Origin: a virus | Lineage: Duplodnaviria; Caudoviricetes | Length of the DNA stretch: 28,888 nt | IMG/VR virus record: IMGVR_UViG_3300006123_000043 | Location: 1 to 28,888 of that record | Strand: one strand, 5' to 3' | Part shown: piece after piece, positions 15,951-23,812 of the stretch | Layout: each line of letters opens with the position of its first letter | Numbering within the stretch: the stretch's first letter is position 1 | The notes under the pieces: model-generated | Told to the model about the DNA's origin: nothing | What the model saw: the letters and a program-made list of their open reading frames with translations, nothing else | The model's database searches: none | Program-made: the position numbers and the translations under genes

Positions 15951-16572
15951 AAATTACGAACGAATAAGAGATGGCCATTGGCACCAGATTGAATTGACTG
16001 GTGACATGATGAAATATGATGAGAAGTATATGCAATATTATACTAAGATGGATGATTCAATGTCCAAACTTAGATATAATATATTGTCAGACCATGTTGG
16101 TCCATTTAAATCTGTTTTAGATGTTGGTTACGGTGATGCCAACTTTTTACAGTATTGTTTTAATCGTTTTGTGACCTGTTATGGTAATGATATATCAAAT
16201 TATCCATTACCAGAAGGAATTAAATTTGTTGAAAGTCCTTCCGATGTTGAAGTTGATGTAATCACATTCTTTGATTCTTTAGAACATAGGCCTGAAGCTG
16301 ATTTGGTTCCTTTTCTAAAATCCCTAAAAACAAAACATATCGTGGTGTCATTACCTTGGTGTCATGGTGTTATGGGACCAGGTTATTTTGAGACATGGAA
16401 ACATCGTAAACCAAATGAACACTTCCATCATTTTGATTACATTGGTTTAGTCAATTTATTGGATGATGCTGGTTTCCAAACAATTCATGTAAGTAATGCT
16501 GAAGATGCAATTCGTAAACCAGTAAACTACTTACCGAATATTTTAACTGTGGTGGCAAAAAAATATGAGTGA
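15943..16572 (+). CDS. Class I SAM-dependent methyltransferase
   Basis: SVLDVGYGDANFL, DVITFFDSLEH, VSLP, EHFHHF. Confidence 0.85.
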   Translation: MIENYERIRDGHWHQIELTGDMMKYDEKYMQYYTKMDDSMSKLRYNILSDHVGPFKSVLDVGYGDANFLQYCFNRFVTCYGNDISNYPLPEGIKFVESPSDVEVDVITFFDSLEHRPEADLVPFLKSLKTKHIVVSLPWCHGVMGPGYFETWKHRKPNEHFHHFDYIGLVNLLDDAGFQTIHVSNAEDAIRKPVNYLPNILTVVAKKYE

Positions 16573-17368
16573 TATTACTATTGTAACGGCCTTCTATGAT
16601 ATTGGTCGTGGAGATTGGACACCAGATAAAGGTCTTCCACATTATCTCCAAAGAACTACCGATACATACTTTGAGAGATTTGGTCATATGGCTAAACTTG
16701 ATAATGATATGGTAGTCTTTACTTCTCCCGATTTAGTTGACCGAGTGAAGTCCCTACGAGGAGATAAACCAACAAAAGTTATAGCAAAAGAATTTTCATC
16801 ATTGACTCCGAATTTGAGAGAAAAAATTATGGGAGTTCAACTGCTGTCCAAGTATCAACAGATGATTAATCCGTCTCAGGTTAAGAATCCTGAATACTGG
16901 AACGCTAATTATGTGATGGTGAATCTATTAAAATCGTCATTCATTACATTGGCAATTGCGGCTGGTGATATCAATACTGATTTGGTTGCCTGGTTAGACT
17001 TTGGTTATTGTAGAGATGAATCTACATTGAACGGTGTTACTCATTGGCAATATCCTTTTAGTGAAGATAAGATTCATGTATTCAGTATCAAAGATTTTAT
17101 CGAAGGTACATATATCAATGATATTATTGCTAATAATGATGTTCATATTACTGGTCCACATATTGTAGCACACAAATCATTATGGCCTAAATTAGAAAAA
17201 ATGGTTATGGCTCATACTAACCAACTATTGGAAAATGATTTGATTGATGATGACCAAACATTACTATTGATGTCAACATTAAGTAATCCTGAATTGTTTG
17301 AAATACACCCAGTATCAAAAGATGACTGGTTTATTATTTTTAAGGAATATAATGAATCTATATCTTAA
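16565..17368 (+). CDS. HtrL/YibB (WlaTC) family glycosyltransferase-like protein
   Basis: ITIVTAFYDIGRGDW, YFERF, AWLDFGYCR, IDDDQTLLL. Confidence 0.8.
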   Translation: MSDITIVTAFYDIGRGDWTPDKGLPHYLQRTTDTYFERFGHMAKLDNDMVVFTSPDLVDRVKSLRGDKPTKVIAKEFSSLTPNLREKIMGVQLLSKYQQMINPSQVKNPEYWNANYVMVNLLKSSFITLAIAAGDINTDLVAWLDFGYCRDESTLNGVTHWQYPFSEDKIHVFSIKDFIEGTYINDIIANNDVHITGPHIVAHKSLWPKLEKMVMAHTNQLLENDLIDDDQTLLLMSTLSNPELFEIHPVSKDDWFIIFKEYNESIS

Positions 17369-18083
17369 GTCTACCGCAAATCTTGGTGACTTTTTAAATG
17401 CTATGCCTGTATTGGCAGGTCTATCTACAGCTTATGGTGATGTTAGTCTGATTATCAGAAGTGAGATGAGAAAATTTAGAGGTATGAAAGAATTCTTATC
17501 ATACCAAGGCATATTCAAAGATGTTAATTTTGATGATGAGGTGTTCTTTAGTGGTGTAACCGAGATTAGTTCTTGGACTAGAGAAGACCAAAATGATCCT
17601 AATCGTCCAATCGAAACCTGTAGATACGAGAATTGGATGAAAGATAGGGGTTTCAATTTTGAAGTACAAGATGACTTTAAGATTCGTTATCCTGATTTGA
17701 ATAAAATTGTTGACCAAAACAAATATTATGTTGGCGATAGATGGGATGTTGGTAACATTGACACTAGACGAGCCACTAAAGTATTGTCACATATGAATGA
17801 CTGTATCTTTATTGACTATAGTAGAGACTTGTTGGAGAATTGTTACTTCATTGCCGAATCACCTAAGCCGTTCATCACCAATTTAACGGGTATATCCGTA
17901 TTAGGAGACTTGTTGAATAAGGAACAATGGATTGTTTGGAAGTCTGAAGATTGGAATCCAGAATTCAGAAATGGTAAAGATATTAATTGGGATAATGGTA
18001 AGAACATAGATTCTGTTTTTAAGAAACACTTCTATGGCAATAGAAAATCAAAACTGGTACATTCTGACGATTTACGACTATGA
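17352..18083 (+). CDS. GT-B/GT9 (heptosyltransferase)-like protein
   Basis: N-terminal NLGDFLNAMPVL, FITNLTGISVL; start set at ATG 17352 (AAGGA RBS). Confidence 0.55.
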   Translation: MNLYLKSTANLGDFLNAMPVLAGLSTAYGDVSLIIRSEMRKFRGMKEFLSYQGIFKDVNFDDEVFFSGVTEISSWTREDQNDPNRPIETCRYENWMKDRGFNFEVQDDFKIRYPDLNKIVDQNKYYVGDRWDVGNIDTRRATKVLSHMNDCIFIDYSRDLLENCYFIAESPKPFITNLTGISVLGDLLNKEQWIVWKSEDWNPEFRNGKDINWDNGKNIDSVFKKHFYGNRKSKLVHSDDLRL

Positions 18084-18799
18084 TACTTAATATTGTTAAA
18101 GGTTTATTTGGAGACACACTAAGAAATGGTGACTTGGTCGCTGTTGGTAATGTATTGGAATATTTGAGAATCAGAGATAAAAATCCTGAATTAAAATTCT
18201 ATATGAAGCCAGACACCTTAAGTGAAGCCAGTTATGTTCAACAATTCTTTTCTTGGTTGACAGAGAATACTGATTGGTTCTCACTTACTCCAGGCGATAA
18301 GTTTTTAGATTGGAAACATTGTAACGTCTGGGACTTTAGAGATATCTCCGGTGACTTGGTAAAGATAGAGAATTATAAACCAGTAGAAAAGAAAGTTGTT
18401 ATCTTTCCCGTATTAGATGCTCCATATAATGCTTGGCGTAATTGGCCACAGGAAGCATTTCAACAAATTGTCAATGAATATGGTGGTGAAAAATACAAAG
18501 ATTACCGTAAAATTATTTGTATAACACCTAATATTAAGATAACTGTTAATGGTTGGGAGATTTCTACCGACTTTATGACAAATATAGACCACATTCTTAC
18601 TGCTGACACATATGTTGGTGGTGATACTGGTACATCCCATTTTGCATGGGCATTGTATAGGTCTCCACCAAATCTGGTATACTGGTCATCAAGTAGAGGT
18701 CTAGTACATACTCTACCATTCTATGCCTTAAGAGGTAAAGGTCAAATAAACAGTTATTGGTTAAATTTTGAAGGTCCTTGGACTAAAATAGACGTATGA
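18080..18799 (+). CDS. GT-B/GT9-like protein
   Basis: RNGDLV, WRNWP, YVGGDTGTSHFA motifs typical of GT9. Confidence 0.65.
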   Translation: MILNIVKGLFGDTLRNGDLVAVGNVLEYLRIRDKNPELKFYMKPDTLSEASYVQQFFSWLTENTDWFSLTPGDKFLDWKHCNVWDFRDISGDLVKIENYKPVEKKVVIFPVLDAPYNAWRNWPQEAFQQIVNEYGGEKYKDYRKIICITPNIKITVNGWEISTDFMTNIDHILTADTYVGGDTGTSHFAWALYRSPPNLVYWSSSRGLVHTLPFYALRGKGQINSYWLNFEGPWTKIDV

Positions 18800-19494
18800 C
18801 CACATTCAAACATCGAGGTAAACTAGGTGATATTATCTGGTCTTTACCATTCATTAAGGATATGGGTGGAGGTAAACTTTACCTACAAATCGGTGAATAC
18901 CTAGATGAAGAAGGTTTACAGTTTCTTAGACCACTATTAGAATGTCAGCCATATATTACTGAGGTTGTAAAGTATAACGGAGAACCAGTTGATTACGACC
19001 TGGATCGTTTCCGTGAGATAATGAATACTTCACACCAAAGATCCTTGGCCGAGAGTTATTTTGTGGTTTTTGGTAGAGAATTGCCTAGGCATTTTCAATA
19101 TGAACCTTGGTTAACTGTACCAGATTTGCCACAATACAAATCTTCTGTTATAATCAGTAGGGTAGAAAGAGGTTTACATGGTAGTAGACCAATACACAAT
19201 CCTTTCTATGACGAATTGGTAAAAAGAAATTTACAACGAACTTCTTATTTTGTCGGTTTGGATACTGAGTGGAAAAGATTCATGGAAGAATACCAATGCA
19301 ATATTGCCTATAAACCAGTAAATAATGCGTTGGAAATGGCAACAATTATTAAACAGGCTGAACTTTGTGTGATGAATCAAAGTATGCCACTTGTAATTGC
19401 TGAAGGTCTAAAGAAGACAATACATTTGGAATTGAGGCACGATAATGCCAAACCGGATTGTATGTTTGACCGTCCGAACTTGTTCTATATCTAA
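18796..19494 (+). CDS. GT-B/GT9-like protein
   Basis: GKLGDIIWSLP, IIKQAELCVMNQSMPLVIAEGL. Confidence 0.6.
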   Translation: MTTFKHRGKLGDIIWSLPFIKDMGGGKLYLQIGEYLDEEGLQFLRPLLECQPYITEVVKYNGEPVDYDLDRFREIMNTSHQRSLAESYFVVFGRELPRHFQYEPWLTVPDLPQYKSSVIISRVERGLHGSRPIHNPFYDELVKRNLQRTSYFVGLDTEWKRFMEEYQCNIAYKPVNNALEMATIIKQAELCVMNQSMPLVIAEGLKKTIHLELRHDNAKPDCMFDRPNLFYI

Positions 19495-19553
19495 AAGTCT
19501 CTATATATCTAATACGATAATTTAAAAGTTTGAGCACCAGACGGCAAAAGTTG

Positions 19554-19561
19554 TATAAATA
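19554..19561 (+). promoter_or_regulatory. T4-type late promoter TATAAATA
   Basis: Perfect gp55 consensus, intergenic, 45 nt upstream of ATG 19607. Confidence 0.85.
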
Positions 19562-19606
19562 TATCACGGCAACCAAAGTGTGTTGCAATTCTAAGGCTAA
19601 AAATCA

Positions 19607-20785
19607 ATGGGTGCATTTTTACAATTTCTTAAAGAAGAAGATGAGGGAGATGGCAAGTTAAAGCACATCACTCATCCTGAAGACCGACCATTAATGTCTG
19701 GCACTAAAGGTTTTGACCGTGCCAAAGCCGTACTAAACAAAGCACATAATCATATTAAATCTGGCGGTAACAGTTCAGACCTAACAATGAAGTATGACGG
19801 TTCACCATCTTTGGTGTTTGGTCATCATCCAGAAACTGGCAAGTTCTTTGTCGCTTCCAAGTCTGCTTTCAACAAGAATCCAAAGATTAACTATACTTCC
19901 GCAGATATTCAAAAGAACCATGGACACGCTCCTGGTCTAGTAGATAAGTTACAATCATCATTAACACACCTTAAGAAAGTTGCACCAAAACATGGTGTAT
20001 ACCAAGGCGATGTAATGTTCTCACATGGTGATGTAAAGAATAAACCGGGTGGTAAGGCTGAGTTTACTCCTAACACAATCTCATATACTGCCAAAGGTGA
20101 TGAGGCTGAAAAAGTTAAAAAAGCCAAGTTGGGAGTAGTGGTTCACCAACAATATCACGGTGATACATTAAATAATATGAAGGCGGATCCACATCCAGAC
20201 CATCATAACTTTGGCCATCATCCAGATGTATGGCACAAATCAGCAGAAATGAATACTAAACACGTTCATTATTCCGAACCAGACCAGAAAGAATTTCAGA
20301 AACACATGGATGCGGCTGAAAAGATACACAAAGCTGGTGGAAAAGAGATGTATAAAGCTATCGAAATGCACGGTGGTGATGGTGGACACTTAGCCACATA
20401 TATAAATCATACCGTTCGTACAGATGAGAAACCTACACCCGAAGGTCTAAAGAAACATATTGCTGATAAGTATAAGAAAGCAACAGAAAAGTTAAAGACA
20501 CCTGCTGCCAGAGGTAAAAAAGCATCAGAATTAAAGATTCACATGGATCATATTGATGCAAATAAGAAACATTATAAAGCAGCTTTAGATATGCACCAAC
20601 ATATTCAAAAAGCTAAAGATGTATTAGTAAATACTTTGAATCAGCATCCTGGTGGACTAGAACATCATATAAATGGTAAACCTACTGATCCTGAAGGTTA
20701 CGTTGTTAACCACGAAGGAACACCAGATAAGTTAGTTAACCGTAAAGAATTCGCAAAAGCAAATTTGTTAAAGGCAAGAAAATGA
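19607..20785 (+). CDS. His-rich ATP-dependent ligase/nucleotidyltransferase-like protein (DUF6267-like)
   Basis: KxDG (MKYDGSP), YQGD, EGYV, KLV motifs of the covalent NTase superfamily; leader MGAFLQFLKEE. Confidence 0.6.
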   Translation: MGAFLQFLKEEDEGDGKLKHITHPEDRPLMSGTKGFDRAKAVLNKAHNHIKSGGNSSDLTMKYDGSPSLVFGHHPETGKFFVASKSAFNKNPKINYTSADIQKNHGHAPGLVDKLQSSLTHLKKVAPKHGVYQGDVMFSHGDVKNKPGGKAEFTPNTISYTAKGDEAEKVKKAKLGVVVHQQYHGDTLNNMKADPHPDHHNFGHHPDVWHKSAEMNTKHVHYSEPDQKEFQKHMDAAEKIHKAGGKEMYKAIEMHGGDGGHLATYINHTVRTDEKPTPEGLKKHIADKYKKATEKLKTPAARGKKASELKIHMDHIDANKKHYKAALDMHQHIQKAKDVLVNTLNQHPGGLEHHINGKPTDPEGYVVNHEGTPDKLVNRKEFAKANLLKARK

Positions 20786-21981
20786 TATCAAAACAAACAC
20801 AAATATGGCTAGAAAATGCCGGCTTAATCAAAAAGAAAACTATCGTAGAACAGATATTAGACGAAGAATATTTGGCTGAAGCTGGTGGTGCAGGTGCTTC
20901 AGCCGATTCTAAAGGTAAACTAAGAGAATTGGAAGTTGGCCAACACCTTAATGGTGGCAAGCATATGTCGAGTTATCGTGCTGAAGGTAAAACTCCAGCT
21001 GAGATGCATCACATTCATGCTACTAAAATGCACGGTGAAAACTATCAAAAATCCGTAGCACACAAGAAATCACAAAAACTTGCTGCTGATGCCGCCAAAC
21101 ATATCAAAGCTCATTTGAAGAAATATGGTCATGGTGATGTTACAAGAACTGTATGGACATCACAACCTAGTGACCATGAAAGTGAGACTGGTCACCACGA
21201 TCCAAATAATAGTGCTGACTTGATTCTTACCACAAGTAAATCACACAAAAGATTAAATGAAGAAATCTTAAATGTTTTAATTGAAGCCGCAGCAAAATCA
21301 CGTAGTGAAAAGAAAGTTGCCATTTCTGTTAAGACAGGAAGTGGAAATGTAAACTATTCTAATCCAGGCGTTAAATCTTTGAGTACTATGGCTGGACACG
21401 ATTTGTCTAAACATACAGCTGAACATGAGAAGGTTGTTAAAGCAAATCTACCTGCAGGTAAAGGTGATTCACATAAGAAGTATAAAGAATTGAGAGATTC
21501 TAATAGTAAAGAAGACCAATCTAAAGCTGCAGAAATTAAACATTCTTCTGAAAGAATGAATGCTAATGTAGCACATGGTTTGAGACAAGGTCTTGCTAAA
21601 AAATCTCACGATGAATTACGTGATACTATTAAACATGAAGTAGCACCAAAAACACATTTGAAGCATATTGTATCGAGACAAAAAACAAATGCCAAGACAG
21701 GTGAACATGAATCTCACCACACATATGACCTACATAAACACGTAGACGAATATTTGGATCATTTCCATGGTTTACACGTAGACCCACACACAAGTGGTGG
21801 TTCAGTCACAGTACATGGTACACATAAGAAAACTGGTAAGAAAATGGCAGTAGCTAGAATTTCTGTACACGCAGGAGGAAGACCAGCAAATCATTCTCCA
21901 AGAGGTTCAGTAGTTTTACCTAGTGAAGACCATAAAGACGTACATTATACAGATAAATCGGAACACATGGTACACGATTAA
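20782..21981 (+). CDS. His-rich putative PD-(D/E)XK-like nuclease
   Basis: KGKLRELEVG, NSADLIL, AISVK; N-terminal acidic leader ending ILDEEYLAE. Confidence 0.5.
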   Translation: MISKQTQIWLENAGLIKKKTIVEQILDEEYLAEAGGAGASADSKGKLRELEVGQHLNGGKHMSSYRAEGKTPAEMHHIHATKMHGENYQKSVAHKKSQKLAADAAKHIKAHLKKYGHGDVTRTVWTSQPSDHESETGHHDPNNSADLILTTSKSHKRLNEEILNVLIEAAAKSRSEKKVAISVKTGSGNVNYSNPGVKSLSTMAGHDLSKHTAEHEKVVKANLPAGKGDSHKKYKELRDSNSKEDQSKAAEIKHSSERMNANVAHGLRQGLAKKSHDELRDTIKHEVAPKTHLKHIVSRQKTNAKTGEHESHHTYDLHKHVDEYLDHFHGLHVDPHTSGGSVTVHGTHKKTGKKMAVARISVHAGGRPANHSPRGSVVLPSEDHKDVHYTDKSEHMVHD

Positions 21982-21982
21982 C

Positions 21983-23812
21983 ATGAAATCATTTCTACAA
22001 GTTTTAAAGGAAGAAGACGAAGGTAAAAAGCCAGTTGTTATGGCTTTTGGTCGTATGAATCCGCCTACTACCGGTCATCTTAAATTGATTGACAAGGTTA
22101 GAGAAGTTGCTAATAAGCAAAAGGCTAAACATACGGTTGTACTTTCACATTCACAAGATTCTAAAAAGAATCCATTGTCAGCAGAACAGAAAGTGAAACA
22201 CCTAAAGAGATATTCTCCAGGTACACACTTTGAGGCATCTTCTAAAGAGACGCCAACAATTCTACATCATGCTGCCAGATTACACGCTGCAGGACATGAC
22301 CACTTAACAGTAGTTGCTGGTTCCGACCGTGTTAAAGAGATGCATGACTTATTACACAAATATAATGGTGTAAAAGGTCGTCATGGCCATTACAACTTCA
22401 AAAAGATTAATGTTGTTTCCGCTGGTCATAGAGATCCAGATGCCGAAGGTGAAGAAGGTATGTCTGGTACCAAGATGAGAGAACACGCAAAGAATAAAGA
22501 CTTCCACGAGTTTAGAAAAGGTGTTCCACACCATGTATCTGATGCTCATGTAAAAGAATTGATGAAAGATACTCGCAAAGGTATGGGTCTACATGAACAA
22601 GTTGACCGTGGTCAATTCAGAGCAATCTTCGTGACGGGTGGTCCTGGTTCTGGTAAAGATATAATTATCCGTGAAGCAATTGCAGAAGCAAGAGCAGTAG
22701 AGTTAAACACTACACAAGCATTTGATTACTTACAAGATAAAGTTAGATTGTCTGAAAGAACTGGTGACTTACGTAGAGAAGCAATTCGTAACCGTTCACC
22801 ATTGATTATCAACGGTCCTGCCGATGACCATGACCGTATTATGACTATCAAGGAAGAATTGGAAGAACTAGGATACGAAACAATGATGGTGTTTGTTAAT
22901 ACCACAAATGAAGTATCTAAGGAAAGAAATGAGAAGTTGAATAGAATGATTTCCGAATCTATTCGTTTGAATAAGTGGGAAGAATCACAAAAGATCCATA
23001 AAGCCTTCCAAGAACAATTTAAAAATATTTTAAGTTTCGATAATAGTCCTACATATAGAGAAATAGAACAACAGATTACCGAAACTTATCATAATATCAA
23101 TGATTTCTTAGATGATAAGGAATATAATGATATTGCTTTCTCCTGGTTAGAAAACCACAATAAGTTAAATATAAATGAAACGTTCAAATACCTTTTTAAA
23201 GAGAAGAATGATGTTAAGAAAGATAGCAAGTCTATTCAAGCTAAAACCTACGGTAGATACAACCCCACCTTCAAAGCCGCTGGACCAGCCGATGCCACCC
23301 CAGACAACCGAAGAGGTGGTCTCAGATTCGGTCAAACCGACTCCATCAAAGGCGACACGTTCCCGAGGAAAAACCCCAACGGTTACTCCATCGCAGGTGG
23401 AGCAGGATCAGGAGCCTACGCAGCTCAAGAAGAAGCGCAGCCCACGCTCAAAATCAGTCCAGAACAAAAAACCTCGAACTTCTCCAAAGACAACAACATA
23501 GATAAGAACGGCAGAAGAAAAACTTCTGGTAATCCGTCACATGGTGGAAGAAATACGATGGGTAATGGGCCAGGTCCAACATTTAGTGACCGTTCTGGTT
23601 TACAGATGGGTTTGGGTGAAACAAAGAAATTTAGTGCTTTCAGAAAGCAAGTTACAAAAGAAGCGATAGATGATCCAGGTCTCGGTGATCCAGGTCTTGG
23701 AGGCGTAGCTGGTAATGTAGACAATAAAGAAAATATGTCCACATACGGCGACAAAAAATACAAAATGGAATTGGCCGGAATAAAAATTAATAAGAAAAAG
23801 GGAGCAAAATAA
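21983..23812 (+). CDS. HxGH nucleotidyltransferase (cytidylyltransferase-like) fused to a P-loop kinase domain and low-complexity tail
   Basis: FGRMNPPTTGH, VAGSDR, MSGTKMR; then FVTGGPGSGKD, MVFVNT..VSKERN; start set at ATG 21983 (MKSFLQVLKEE). Confidence 0.8.
   Translation: MKSFLQVLKEEDEGKKPVVMAFGRMNPPTTGHLKLIDKVREVANKQKAKHTVVLSHSQDSKKNPLSAEQKVKHLKRYSPGTHFEASSKETPTILHHAARLHAAGHDHLTVVAGSDRVKEMHDLLHKYNGVKGRHGHYNFKKINVVSAGHRDPDAEGEEGMSGTKMREHAKNKDFHEFRKGVPHHVSDAHVKELMKDTRKGMGLHEQVDRGQFRAIFVTGGPGSGKDIIIREAIAEARAVELNTTQAFDYLQDKVRLSERTGDLRREAIRNRSPLIINGPADDHDRIMTIKEELEELGYETMMVFVNTTNEVSKERNEKLNRMISESIRLNKWEESQKIHKAFQEQFKNILSFDNSPTYREIEQQITETYHNINDFLDDKEYNDIAFSWLENHNKLNINETFKYLFKEKNDVKKDSKSIQAKTYGRYNPTFKAAGPADATPDNRRGGLRFGQTDSIKGDTFPRKNPNGYSIAGGAGSGAYAAQEEAQPTLKISPEQKTSNFSKDNNIDKNGRRKTSGNPSHGGRNTMGNGPGPTFSDRSGLQMGLGETKKFSAFRKQVTKEAIDDPGLGDPGLGGVAGNVDNKENMSTYGDKKYKMELAGIKINKKKGAK
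23208..23501 (+). CDS. Overprinted small Pro/Thr/Lys-rich protein (+1 frame)
   Basis: MMLRKIASLFKLKPTVDTTPPSKP...KKPRTSPKTTT; host-frame codons become C-ending over this interval only. Confidence 0.55.
   Translation: MMLRKIASLFKLKPTVDTTPPSKPLDQPMPPQTTEEVVSDSVKPTPSKATRSRGKTPTVTPSQVEQDQEPTQLKKKRSPRSKSVQNKKPRTSPKTTT
23671..23700 (+). repeat. 15-bp tandem duplication (DPGLG x2)
   Basis: tgatccaggtctcgg tgatccaggtcttgg. Confidence 0.8.
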
